Source: an uncultured Candidatus Actinomarina sp.
GTDB taxonomy: Bacteria > Actinomycetota > Acidimicrobiia > Actinomarinales > Actinomarinaceae
Assembly (NCBI GenBank): GCA_902510995.1
Contig: CABXDL010000004.1
Location: forward strand, 1,259 to 65,258
Reading direction: 5' to 3'
Length of the DNA: 64,000 bases
In this document: positions 8,381-17,000 of the stretch, piece after piece
Layout: each line of letters begins with the position of its first letter
Position numbering within the stretch: position 1 is the first letter of the stretch
The notes under the pieces: model-generated
Told to the model about the DNA's origin: nothing
Seen by the model: only the letters and a program-made list of their open reading frames with translations
Database searches by the model: none
Position numbers and translations under genes: made by a program

Positions 8381-9031
8381 ATGGAAAATATTTCAGACAA
8401 GATTCAAAAGATACGTTCAGAGTATGGAGATAAAGCTTTAGTTCCAGAAGATCTAAATAGTGACCCTATACAACAATTTGAATCTTGGTTAGCAGATGCA
8501 ATTGAGGTAGAAGCGAGTGAACCAAATGCAATGGCTATTTCTACAGTAGATACTGAAAACAAACCGAGATCACGTTATGTTTTATTTAAAAATATAGTTA
8601 ATGATTCATTGGTTTTCCATACTCATTATGAAAGCTCAAAAGCTAAAGAAATTAATAACAATCCAAATGTTTCAGGGATTTTTTTCTGGCCTGAAATTTA
8701 TAGACAAATTAGATTTGAAGGCGTCGCAAGTATTGCTGACTCAAAAGTTTCTGATGAATATTTCAAATCAAGACCAAGAGGAGGGCAGCTAAGTGCATGG
8801 GCTTCTCACCAGAGTGAAGAGATTGAAGGTAGAGAGATATTAGAGGAAAGAATAAAAGAGCTAGAAAAAGAATTTGAGGGTAAAGAAATTCCAAGACCTG
8901 AATTTTGGGGTGGGTACTTGATTGATGTTCATCATTGGGAGTTTTGGCAAGGTAGAAAAAATAGAACACATGATAGGTTTTCTTATTCTAAAGTAGATAC
9001 TGAATGGAAAACAGTAAGGCTATCACCATAA
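8381..9031 (+). CDS. pdxH: pyridoxamine 5'-phosphate oxidase
   Basis: 216 aa. The ATG directly abuts the acn stop. Motifs IRFEG, YFKSRPRGGQLSAWAS.QS and WGGY...EFWQGR.NR.HDR are present. Confidence 0.9.
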   Translation: MENISDKIQKIRSEYGDKALVPEDLNSDPIQQFESWLADAIEVEASEPNAMAISTVDTENKPRSRYVLFKNIVNDSLVFHTHYESSKAKEINNNPNVSGIFFWPEIYRQIRFEGVASIADSKVSDEYFKSRPRGGQLSAWASHQSEEIEGREILEERIKELEKEFEGKEIPRPEFWGGYLIDVHHWEFWQGRKNRTHDRFSYSKVDTEWKTVRLSP

Positions 9032-9032
9032 T

Positions 9033-9698
9033 ATGAGAAACATAAAAATTACAAAAGACTTTATAAATTCAAAAAATACATCTGTCTTATATGAGTCAGG
9101 AAACACAAAAGTATTAATAACTGTTTCTATCTCCGACAGGCTACCTGGTTGGCTTGAAAATTCAGATTCAGGATGGCTCACTGCAGAGTACAATATGTTG
9201 CCAGGTTCTTCTGGAAATAGAGTTTCAAGAAAAGCTTATGAAGGTGGAAGGTCAAAGGAAATATCTAGATTAATTGGAAGATCGCTTAGAGCAATTTGTA
9301 ATCTTAAATTACTTAATGGATATATGGTCACAGTCGATTGCGATGTTTTGGAAGCTGATGGGGGAACAAGGACCGCTTCAATTAATGGTTCCTGGATAGC
9401 TTTAAATGAAACATTTAATAAATTGGTTGAAAATGGTGAATTAGTTCAAAATCCTTTAGAGAACCAGATAGCTGCAGTTTCTGTTGGGATAGTTGATGGG
9501 GAATATATTGTTGATTTGGATTATGAAAATGATTCCCAAGCAGAAGTTGACCTAAATTTAGTGTTGAATGACAAGTATGAAATTCTAGAAATTCAAGGTA
9601 CAGCAGAAAAGAAACCATTTTCAAAAGAAGATTTAGATAAATTATTTGAAATAACAAAAAATGAAATTAATGAAATATTTGAAGTTCAAAAAAATTAA
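9033..9698 (+). CDS. rph: ribonuclease PH
   Basis: GWLTAEYNMLPGSSG.R..R....GGRSKEISRLIGRSLR and DCDVLEADGGTRTASI. Confidence 0.9.
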   Translation: MRNIKITKDFINSKNTSVLYESGNTKVLITVSISDRLPGWLENSDSGWLTAEYNMLPGSSGNRVSRKAYEGGRSKEISRLIGRSLRAICNLKLLNGYMVTVDCDVLEADGGTRTASINGSWIALNETFNKLVENGELVQNPLENQIAAVSVGIVDGEYIVDLDYENDSQAEVDLNLVLNDKYEILEIQGTAEKKPFSKEDLDKLFEITKNEINEIFEVQKN

Positions 9699-10270
9699 TG
9701 GAAATTTTATTAGCTACTAAAAATAAGAATAAATTTATAGAATTAAAAAATATTTTCGATCATTCAAATTCCCATCATGAAGTTGTTTTTTATCCAGACT
9801 TGATTGATGTTGTAGAAGATAAAGAAACTATTTTTGATAATGCAAAGAAGAAAGCAATTGAGGTATACAACCAGTATGAAAAACCTGTTATTGCTGATGA
9901 TTCAGGTTTATTTGTTGATTCTTTAAATGGCCATCCTGGAGTTAAGTCAGCACGTTATGCAGGAGATGAAGCTAATGACGAAGATAATATTCAAAAGCTA
10001 TTAAATGAAATGGCAAATGAAGAAAATAGAACAGCTTCTTTTAAAACTGTATTGTTTTTTTACGACGGAAAAAATGAATTAACAACAGAAGGAATTTTGG
10101 ATGGTCAAATTACATTTGAGACAAGAGGGGATAATGGATTTGGATATGATCCAATATTTGAATATGAAGAAAGAACCCTTGCAGAACTTTCATTAAATGA
10201 AAAAACAGAGATAAGCCATAGAAATATTGCATGCACTAAGATGGTTGAGTTGTTAAATGAAAAAATATAA
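9698..10270 (+). CDS. rdgB: non-canonical purine NTP pyrophosphatase (RdgB/HAM1 family)
   Basis: ILLATKNKNK..E, ADDSGL.VD.LNG.PGV.SARYAG, RGDNGFGYDPIF and SHR. There is a 1-nt overlap with the rph stop. Confidence 0.9.
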   Translation: MEILLATKNKNKFIELKNIFDHSNSHHEVVFYPDLIDVVEDKETIFDNAKKKAIEVYNQYEKPVIADDSGLFVDSLNGHPGVKSARYAGDEANDEDNIQKLLNEMANEENRTASFKTVLFFYDGKNELTTEGILDGQITFETRGDNGFGYDPIFEYEERTLAELSLNEKTEISHRNIACTKMVELLNEKI

Positions 10271-10937
10271 AAATCTATTAATAATCTTTTTGTGCATACT
10301 CTTTTCTTCATGTCAGGCTGAATGGATTATGGATCTTGAAATTAACGAGGATGAGTCAGGAAAGTATTCTATTTCTATTTTACTAGATCAAGAAGCACAG
10401 ATATTCGCAATAGAAACTGGCCAGACTGAAATAGGAGGTCTGGAATCAATTGTTGAATCTTTGCCTGAAGGTTTTGGTTCAACAGTTTATCAAAAAGATA
10501 AAATGTTTGGAATAATGATACGTAATTCATTTAATAGTATTGAAGAGTTTGAACAACAACTTGATATTTTGTTAAGTGGTGAAAATACTGCATTGTTGCT
10601 CTTGCCTCTTCAGGAAATCAAAATTGAGAAAGATGAAAAAGAATTTAAAGTATATGGAGAATTTTCTGCATTACTTAATGGTGAGAATATTACACCAGAA
10701 GCAGCAGAAAATTTATATTCAGGAAAATTAATGGTAAAAGCACCAGGCAGGGTAACAAAACCAAAATTAGATGAAATAAACAATAATACAATTATTTTTA
10801 CTCATGCAGGATTATTAGAGCAGTCTTTCGAAGTCCAATCTACAACATCAAAAATAAATATTGCACGTATATTGATTTTCAGCATTTTAGCTATAGCAAT
10901 CTATTTTATTGGTAGACAAGCAATAAATAATAAGTAG
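10257..10937 (+). CDS. hypothetical lipoprotein with C-terminal TM anchor
   Basis: Signal/lipobox-like MKKYKNLLIIFLCILFSSC. C-terminal helix ILIFSILAIAIYFIG. It overlaps rdgB by 14 nt. Confidence 0.6.
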   Translation: MKKYKNLLIIFLCILFSSCQAEWIMDLEINEDESGKYSISILLDQEAQIFAIETGQTEIGGLESIVESLPEGFGSTVYQKDKMFGIMIRNSFNSIEEFEQQLDILLSGENTALLLLPLQEIKIEKDEKEFKVYGEFSALLNGENITPEAAENLYSGKLMVKAPGRVTKPKLDEINNNTIIFTHAGLLEQSFEVQSTTSKINIARILIFSILAIAIYFIGRQAINNK

Positions 10938-10949
10938 TATTAATCAATA

Positions 10950-10973
10950 ATGAATATCATAATTATTATTTAA
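10950..10973 (+). promoter_or_regulatory. candidate leader peptide ORF MNIIIII (five consecutive Ile codons)
   Basis: ATG AAT ATC ATA ATT ATT ATT TAA read directly from the sequence. It lies 13 nt after the upstream stop, immediately before a hairpin and terminator in the cimA 5' region. No clear SD. Confidence 0.45.
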
Positions 10974-10974
10974 G

Positions 10975-10995
10975 AACAACGAAATAGTCGTTGTT
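10975..10995 (+). promoter_or_regulatory. leader hairpin (AACAACG / CGTTGTT)
   Basis: Perfect 7-bp stem with a 7-nt loop, starting 2 nt after the leader ORF stop. CAACG could alternatively pair with CGTTG (11003-11007) inside the terminator. Confidence 0.4.
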
Positions 10996-10996
10996 T

Positions 10997-11022
10997 CCCT
11001 TGCGTTGCAGGGGTTTTTTTTT
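10997..11022 (+). terminator. rho-independent terminator / attenuator
   Basis: CCCTTGC gtt GCAGGGG (7 bp, one G-U pair) followed by nine T residues. It ends 12 nt before the cimA ATG. Confidence 0.7.
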
Positions 11023-11034
11023 GGAAGAGAGAAA

Positions 11035-12591
11035 ATGAAGATAGACATATTTGATACAACCTTAAGGGATGGATTCCAGCAGGAAGGAATTTCACCTTCT
11101 GTTAAAGATAAGCTTGCTATTGCTAATTTACTTGATGATCTAGGTGTAGATTATATTGAAGGTGGTTGGCCTGGCGCATCTCCCAAAGAAGAAGAGTTTT
11201 TTGATAAAGCAAAAAAAGAATTAAAGCTTACAAATGCAAAATTAGTTAGTTTTGGCTCTACGAGAAAGCTAAACATAAAGGTTGAAGACGACCCTCAAGT
11301 TAAAGCTTTAGTTGATGCTGGGACAGACTATGTTTGTATTGTTGGTAAATCTTCTAGTTTACACATTACCAAGGCTATAGAAACTGACGTAGAAGAAGCA
11401 ATCAAAATGGCAACAGACACTATTGAATACTTAAAATCAAATGGTAAAAAAGTGTTTTTTGATGCTGAACATTTCTTTGATGGATATAAAGAGAACTCAG
11501 AGGTAAGTTATAAAATCCTTGATGCAGTAATAAATGAGGGTGTTGATTGCTTTATTTTTTGTGATACAAATGGTGGAACCCTTCCTCATGAGGTAACTGA
11601 GATATTAGGTGAGATAACAAAAAAATATGATAAGCAAAAATTTGGAGTGCATTTTCAAAATGACAATGGTTGTGCTGTCCCAAATTCAATGGCTGCTGTA
11701 AACCTAGGAGTAGATCATGTCCAAGGAACTATGAATGGATATGGCGAGAGAACTGGTAACGCTGATTTATGTACTTTGCTTCCAAACTTAACTTTGAAAA
11801 TGGAACATGATACCGTTCCTTTGGATTCTCTTGAAAAATTAACACCGATTGCAAATCATATTGCAGAACTAGTAAATGTAGCTATTGATTCAAGACATCC
11901 TTATGTTGGGTCATCAGCATTTACACATAAAGCTGGCCTACATGCTTCAGGTATGGCGAAAGATAGTTCACTTTATGAACATATCGATTCAAGTAAAGTT
12001 GGGAACTTTACAAGGACAACAGTTTCTGAGCTAGCTGGAAGAGCTAGCGTTATAACAAAAGCAAAAGAATTCAATATTGAACTTTCAAATGAAGATGCAA
12101 AAAAATTAATAGAAGAAGTACAGAATCTTGAACATCAAGGTTTTCAATTTGAAGCTGCTGATGGCTCTTTATATTTATTAATGAATAAGATAAAAGGTTC
12201 AAACCCGGATTATTTTGATTTTGAAAGCTTTAGAGTGTTTTCTGAAAGAAGAAATTCTGAGAATGTTGTTTCTGAAGCTGTTTGCAAGATTAACGTCAAC
12301 GATCAAAGATATGTCACTACGGGTGAAGGAGTTGGTCCTGTTGATGCATTAAGCAAAGCTTTAGTAACTGCCCTTCGTAATGACTATCCAGACATAGAAG
12401 TTGTTAAGCTAATAGACTACAAAGTTAGAATCATTGACTCAACTGATGGAACAGAAGCTACAACAAGAGTGTTAGTTGAGTTTACAGATGGAAAAAGAAA
12501 GTGGAACACTGTAGGGGTGCATCAAAATATTATCAATGCATCTTGGAATGCCCTGTGTGATGGTTTCAATTTTTATTTTATGTCTTCTTAA
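11035..12591 (+). CDS. cimA: (R)-citramalate synthase (IPMS/HCS family with LeuA-dimer C-terminal domain)
   Basis: IFDTTLRDGFQQEGISPSVKDKLAIA..LD.LGVDYIEGGWPGASPKEEEFF, with the length and N-terminus typical of CimA-type enzymes. The start is taken at the ATG preceded by GGAAGAGAG, because the ORF-track TTG 11005 lies inside the terminator. Confidence 0.8.
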   Translation: MKIDIFDTTLRDGFQQEGISPSVKDKLAIANLLDDLGVDYIEGGWPGASPKEEEFFDKAKKELKLTNAKLVSFGSTRKLNIKVEDDPQVKALVDAGTDYVCIVGKSSSLHITKAIETDVEEAIKMATDTIEYLKSNGKKVFFDAEHFFDGYKENSEVSYKILDAVINEGVDCFIFCDTNGGTLPHEVTEILGEITKKYDKQKFGVHFQNDNGCAVPNSMAAVNLGVDHVQGTMNGYGERTGNADLCTLLPNLTLKMEHDTVPLDSLEKLTPIANHIAELVNVAIDSRHPYVGSSAFTHKAGLHASGMAKDSSLYEHIDSSKVGNFTRTTVSELAGRASVITKAKEFNIELSNEDAKKLIEEVQNLEHQGFQFEAADGSLYLLMNKIKGSNPDYFDFESFRVFSERRNSENVVSEAVCKINVNDQRYVTTGEGVGPVDALSKALVTALRNDYPDIEVVKLIDYKVRIIDSTDGTEATTRVLVEFTDGKRKWNTVGVHQNIINASWNALCDGFNFYFMSS

Positions 12592-12643
12592 ATAGATTTT
12601 TTTATAACATTTTATTTATACTATTTAATGTAAGGAAAATAAT

Positions 12644-14590
12644 ATGAATGAAAAAATAGAGAATTTATTAAACGAAGATCGTTTATTTGAACCAAGTGAA
12701 GAATTAAAAAATAATGCAAATGCAACATCAGAATGGTTTAAAAATGCTGAAGAAGATAGATTAGAGTACTGGAAGCAACAAGCCCTTAATAGAATAACGT
12801 GGTTTAAAGAACCAACTGAAGTCTTAGATGACTCAAATGCACCATTTTTTAAATGGTTTAGTGATGGGGAGTTAAACCTTTCATATAATTGCCTTGATAG
12901 ACATTTAGAAACAGACGGTGATAGAGTCGCATATTACTGGGAAGGCGAACCTGGAGATACGCAAGAGATTACCTATAGAGATCTTTATGAAAGAGTATGT
13001 AAGTTATCAAATGCACTTAAAAGTTTAGGAGTGCAAAAAGGAGATAGGATAGCTATTTATCTTGGTATGACCCCTGAGATAGTAGTTTCTATGCTTGCTT
13101 GTGCAAGAATTGGAGCAGTGCACTCTGTAGTATTTGGTGGATTTTCAGCCGAAGCACTTTCTGACCGTATAAATGATGCTGAAGCAAAGGTTGTTATAAC
13201 AGCTGATGGTGCATGGAGAAGAGGGGATATTGTTCCTCTAAAAGAGAACGTGGACAATTCCTTAGAGCTAACTGAATTCATAGAAAGTGTGATTGTTGTA
13301 AAAAGAACCGGACAAGAAGTAGATATGAAAGATGGCAGGGATTATTGGTATGAGGAGATTGTTGGAGAGCAGTCTGCAGAGTGTGAGCCTGAAGTAATGA
13401 ATGCAGAAGACTTACTCTACATACTTTATACTTCTGGAACCACAGCAAAACCAAAAGGCATTGTTCACACACAGGCAGGTTATTTAACTGGTGTTACTAC
13501 AACTCATAGTGCAGTATTTGATGTCAAAGATGATGATATTTATTGGTGTGCAGCAGACTGTGGATGGGTTACTGGACATAGCTATATTGTCTATGGACCA
13601 TTAGCTAACAAAACAACAAGTGTTATGTATGAAGGAGCACCAAATGCTCCAGATGAAAAAAGGTTATGGAGCATAGTTGAGAAATATAAAGTAAATATTT
13701 TTTATACAGCACCAACTGCGATTAGAGCATTTATGAAGTGGGGAGTTGAACATCCAAAAGCTCACGATTTAAGTTCACTAAGACTCCTTGGGTCTGTTGG
13801 GGAACCAATAAATCCTGAAGCATGGATGTGGTATCACGAAAATATTGGCAATGAGCAATGCGCTATTGTTGATACATGGTGGCAGACAGAAACAGGATCA
13901 ATTATGATTTCACCTCTACCGGGAATAACAAGTACAAAACCAGGATCAGCATGTGGACCATTACCTGGGATTGATTCTGTGGTTATTGATGAAAAAGGTA
14001 ATGAAGTTGGAAAAGGTGAAGGGGGTTATCTTGCTATTAAGTCTCCTTGGCCGTCCATGTTAAGAACTGTATATGGAGACGATAAAAGATATCTCGATAC
14101 GTATTGGTCACAACACGAAGGTCTGTACTTTGCAGGTGATGGAGCTAAATATGATGATGATGGTTACGTATGGCTACTTGGAAGAGTAGATGATGTAATG
14201 AATATCTCCGGTCATAGAATCTCTACAGCTGAAGTAGAGAGCGCATTAGTTTCTCACGAATCTGTTGCTGAGGCTGCAGTAATAGGAAGGTCTGATGAGA
14301 TAAGTGGCGAAGCAATTGCTGCATTTGTTTCATTGATTGGAACAGATGAAGGAGATGAAAATTTAATATCAGAATTAAGGCAACATGTAAGTGACAAGAT
14401 TGGACCTATAGCAAAACCAAAAAGCATTGTTATTACAGCTGACCTTCCAAAAACAAGAAGTGGAAAAATTATGAGAAGGTTGCTTAAAGATATTTCAGAA
14501 GAAAGAAAATTAGGTGATGTAACAACCTTAGCTAATGCCGATATAGTTTCTGAACTACAGACTCGTTCTAAAGATTCTGACGAGGATTAA
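12644..14590 (+). CDS. acs: acetyl-CoA synthetase
   Basis: 648 aa. YTSGTTAKPKG, WWQTETG, the DD.GY.W..GR.DDV.N.SGHR pattern and PKTRSGKIMRR. Confidence 0.95.
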   Translation: MNEKIENLLNEDRLFEPSEELKNNANATSEWFKNAEEDRLEYWKQQALNRITWFKEPTEVLDDSNAPFFKWFSDGELNLSYNCLDRHLETDGDRVAYYWEGEPGDTQEITYRDLYERVCKLSNALKSLGVQKGDRIAIYLGMTPEIVVSMLACARIGAVHSVVFGGFSAEALSDRINDAEAKVVITADGAWRRGDIVPLKENVDNSLELTEFIESVIVVKRTGQEVDMKDGRDYWYEEIVGEQSAECEPEVMNAEDLLYILYTSGTTAKPKGIVHTQAGYLTGVTTTHSAVFDVKDDDIYWCAADCGWVTGHSYIVYGPLANKTTSVMYEGAPNAPDEKRLWSIVEKYKVNIFYTAPTAIRAFMKWGVEHPKAHDLSSLRLLGSVGEPINPEAWMWYHENIGNEQCAIVDTWWQTETGSIMISPLPGITSTKPGSACGPLPGIDSVVIDEKGNEVGKGEGGYLAIKSPWPSMLRTVYGDDKRYLDTYWSQHEGLYFAGDGAKYDDDGYVWLLGRVDDVMNISGHRISTAEVESALVSHESVAEAAVIGRSDEISGEAIAAFVSLIGTDEGDENLISELRQHVSDKIGPIAKPKSIVITADLPKTRSGKIMRRLLKDISEERKLGDVTTLANADIVSELQTRSKDSDED

Positions 14591-14593
14591 TTC

Positions 14594-15079
14594 TTGGGCG
14601 AAAAAACTTTTACATGGGTAGACCCAAAAGAGCTTTCTGATAGCTTTCTACACTTAGATAGTGATGATAGGAAAAAATTTGTTCTAGATCACACTATGAA
14701 ACCTCCTATAGGTGAGTTGATGAATTTTCAGGGTGTTGAAATAGATGAAGAAGGTTGTGTTACCTGGATCGCTTCTCCACAAGAGTATCATTACAACCCA
14801 CTTGGCAATGTTCATGGAGGTTTTGCTGCAACATTATTAGATTCCTGTAACAGTATTACTGCTAATTGTGCTTTAGATAAAGGTTATGGCACTATGACTG
14901 CTGAAATAAAAGTAAGTTATTTAAGAGGAATATCTTTAGACACAGGAAATATGTTTGCCAAAGGGAAAATAGAGAAACTAGGTAGAAGAGTAATTTTTGT
15001 AAGCGGTAAGTTGACTGATAGTAATGGAACTTTATATGCAACTGCTACATCTACAGAATTAGTAGTAGAAATTAAATAA
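14594..15079 (+). CDS. PaaI/4HBT-type hotdog-fold thioesterase
   Basis: 161 aa. NPLGNVHGGFAATLLDS motif. TTG start 3 nt after the acs stop, with GAGGA upstream. Confidence 0.75.
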   Translation: MGEKTFTWVDPKELSDSFLHLDSDDRKKFVLDHTMKPPIGELMNFQGVEIDEEGCVTWIASPQEYHYNPLGNVHGGFAATLLDSCNSITANCALDKGYGTMTAEIKVSYLRGISLDTGNMFAKGKIEKLGRRVIFVSGKLTDSNGTLYATATSTELVVEIK

Positions 15080-15085
15080 ACTCAG

Positions 15086-15168
15086 TGCGGATGAGAGGAC
15101 TCGAACCTCCACGAGCAAAGCTCACTAGATCCTAAATCTAGCGCGTCTACCAGTTCCGCCACATCCGC
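15086..15168 (-). tRNA. tRNA-Leu (anticodon TAG)
   Basis: Hand-folded cloverleaf: acceptor GCGGATG/CATCCGC, anticodon stem CTAGA/TCTAG with loop TTTAGGA, long variable arm, T-loop TTCGAGT. No encoded CCA. Confidence 0.9.
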
Positions 15169-15180
15169 TAAAATGTCGCG

Positions 15181-15253
15181 TGGGTCGCCGGGGACTTGAA
15201 CCCCGAACCTGCGGATTAAGAGTCCGATGCTCTACCAGTTGAGCTAGCGACCC
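15181..15253 (-). tRNA. tRNA-Lys (anticodon CTT)
   Basis: Acceptor GGGTCGC/GCGACCC, anticodon loop CTCTTAA, T-arm CGGGG TTCAAGT CCCCG. There is one mismatch at the top of the anticodon stem. Confidence 0.85.
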
Positions 15254-15349
15254 TTTCATACAGAGTAACCTATGTAATATTAGTTAACTATAATTTTTTT
15301 GATTTATTGTTTCCATAAAACCAGTATCATGGAACAATAATTAGACGTG

Positions 15350-15424
15350 CGGGCTGTGGCTCAGCTTGGCTAGAGCGCCTGCTTTGGGAGCAGGAGGTCG
15401 TGAGTTCGAATCTCACCAGCCCGA
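15350..15424 (+). tRNA. tRNA-Pro (anticodon TGG)
   Basis: Acceptor CGGGCTG/CAGCCCG, anticodon stem CCTGC/GCAGG with loop TTTGGGA, T-loop TTCGAAT. Confidence 0.9.
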
Positions 15425-15429
15425 CGCAC

Positions 15430-15500
15430 GCGGGTGTAGCTTAGTGGTAAAGCTCCAGCCTTCCAAGCTGGCTACGAGGGTTCGATTCCCTTCACCCGCT
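15430..15500 (+). tRNA. tRNA-Gly (anticodon TCC)
   Basis: Acceptor GCGGGTG/CACCCGC, anticodon stem CCAGC/GCTGG with loop CTTCCAA, T-loop TTCGATT, discriminator T. Confidence 0.85.
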
Positions 15501-15504
15501 CAAG

Positions 15505-15578
15505 GCTCTCGTAGCTCAAACGGATAGAGCAACAGACTTCTAATCTGTAGGTTATAGGTTCGAGTCCTATCGAGAGCG
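15505..15578 (+). tRNA. tRNA-Arg (anticodon TCT)
   Basis: Acceptor GCTCTCG/CGAGAGC, anticodon stem ACAGA/TCTGT with loop CTTCTAA, T-loop TTCGAGT. Confidence 0.9.
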
Positions 15579-15585
15579 CAGACGT

Positions 15586-15661
15586 GGTGATCGTAGCTCA
15601 GTCTGGTTAGAGCGCCTGGTTGTGGTCCAGGAGGTCGCGGGTTCAAATCCCGTCGGTCACC
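15586..15661 (+). tRNA. tRNA-His (anticodon GTG) with genome-encoded G-1
   Basis: An extra 5' G pairs with discriminator C. Acceptor GTGATCG/CGGTCAC, anticodon stem CCTGG/CCAGG with loop TTGTGGT, T-loop TTCAAAT. Confidence 0.9.
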
Positions 15662-15679
15662 CAAAATTTAAGGAGAATA

Positions 15680-16999
15680 GTGAAATATAAGATAAAAAAT
15701 AATTCTGATTTTGAAAAAACATTGGAAATTCAAGTTGATATAAAAGATTTAGTAGATTTTAGAGAAGAGGCAATTAAGAAAATTGGAAGTCAATTAAAAA
15801 TAAAAGGATTTAGACCTGGAAAGATTCCTGCAAACATTGTCGAAAGAGAAGTAGGAGAAGAATATATTAACGAAGAAGCTGTAGAAATGTATCTACCTGA
15901 AAATTTATTTACAATTCTTAAAGATGAAGAAATTTCACCTGCAACAAGACCAGCTATTAAAGAGATTAAGAAAAAAAAGAACTCTTTCGATGTTGAAGTA
16001 CTTATAACCTTGTGGCCTAAAATTTCTAAATTACCAAAGCTTGACCAAACTGTTGAAGTTGAGTCAATTAAGCCAACAAGTGAGGAAATTGATGATCAAA
16101 TAGAAAGAGTGAGATCACAATTTGCTGAAGCAACCAAAACGGATAGAGCAGTTAAAACTGGTGATTATGTGTTAATTAACTTAACCTGCACAAAAAATAA
16201 TAATGAGATTAAAGATTTCACTTTTAGTGATCGTTTATACGAAGTAGGAACCGGTTCTTTAATAAAAAGTCTTGATAGTAAATTAGAAGGTGTTGCTTCT
16301 GGAGCGATAATTAAATTTACAGATAATATTGAACAAATTAATGAGGAAAATGTTGATGTTACTGTTTTAGTAAAAGAAGTAAGAGAAAAGATACTTCCAG
16401 ACTTAACTGATGAATGGGTCTCTGAAACAACGGAGTTTTCAGATATTAAGGAACTAAAGTCTGAATTAGAAAAAAATATTGAGAACGTCAAAAAACAACA
16501 AGTTTCGTCTCAATATCAAGCAGGACTAACAACAAAATTAATAGAAGAAGCGGATGTAAAATTACCTGAGCAGTTAGTTGTTGCAGAAATGGATAGTATT
16601 TTGCAAAATTTCTTAGCTGAATTAGAGCAAAATAATATTAAATTAGAAGACTATTTCAAAATAACTGGATTAACTGAAGAAGCTTTGAGGGAAGACTTAA
16701 ACCAACAAGCTTCTAGGAACTTAAGCATGGTGTTGATATTAGATAAGGTTATTGAAGATTTTGAAATAAAATTAAATGACAATGATAATTCTCTAATAGA
16801 GGAACATATGGAATCTCACGATAGTGATAAAGATGAGGTTGAAAATACTACCCATAGGATGAATTTAGAGGCAGAATCATTAAGAAATAAAGCTATGTTA
16901 CATATTTTGCAACATGGTGTGTCAATTGATAAAAATGGTGAAAAAGTAAACCTACAGGATGTATACAATCAAGAGAGTGAAACAGGAGAGGAAGAATAG
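15680..16999 (+). CDS. tig: trigger factor
   Basis: FRPGK.P motif ([15 protein letters not shown]) and domain order typical of Tig. Start reassigned to GTG 15680 (AAGGAG 6 nt upstream) because the ORF-track start at 15620 lies inside tRNA-His. Confidence 0.9.
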   Translation: MKYKIKNNSDFEKTLEIQVDIKDLVDFREEAIKKIGSQLKIKGFRPGKIPANIVEREVGEEYINEEAVEMYLPENLFTILKDEEISPATRPAIKEIKKKKNSFDVEVLITLWPKISKLPKLDQTVEVESIKPTSEEIDDQIERVRSQFAEATKTDRAVKTGDYVLINLTCTKNNNEIKDFTFSDRLYEVGTGSLIKSLDSKLEGVASGAIIKFTDNIEQINEENVDVTVLVKEVREKILPDLTDEWVSETTEFSDIKELKSELEKNIENVKKQQVSSQYQAGLTTKLIEEADVKLPEQLVVAEMDSILQNFLAELEQNNIKLEDYFKITGLTEEALREDLNQQASRNLSMVLILDKVIEDFEIKLNDNDNSLIEEHMESHDSDKDEVENTTHRMNLEAESLRNKAMLHILQHGVSIDKNGEKVNLQDVYNQESETGEEE

Positions 17000-17000
17000 T

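Noticed and set aside
11005-11034. TTG start giving MQGFFFGREK extension on cimA
   Set aside because: The TTG sits in the loop and right arm of the terminator hairpin, and the FFF comes from the T9 tract. ATG 11035, with a purine-rich SD, fits the conserved CimA N-terminus.
15430-15500. Reading this tRNA as tRNA-Trp (CCA in the anticodon region)
   Set aside because: Only the register CCAGC/GCTGG gives a perfect 5-bp anticodon stem. That places TCC at positions 34-36 (loop CTTCCAA), so it is tRNA-Gly.
15620-15679. ORF-track start of the trigger factor ORF (MWSRRSRVQIPSVTQ...)
   Set aside because: These codons are the 3' half of tRNA-His read as protein. GTG 15680, with AAGGAG upstream, is the plausible start.
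16165-16491. Antisense or alternative-frame ORFs inside well-supported genes. Examples: 623-868, 2159-2386, 13057-13281, 16165-16491, 19398-19730, 20402-20734, 28675-28962, 38504-38869, 49839-50135, 56978-57358.
   Set aside because: Each is fully embedded in a gene with strong family motifs. Their translations are low-complexity (Ser/Leu/Phe/Ile-rich), as expected for shadow frames of AT-rich coding DNA, and none has an SD or a recognisable motif.
16959-17000. Upstream ATG start for clpP overlapping tig by 41 nt
   Set aside because: ATG 17001 is preceded by GGAGAGGAAG and gives a normal ClpP N-terminus. The 14 extra residues have no counterpart in ClpP.
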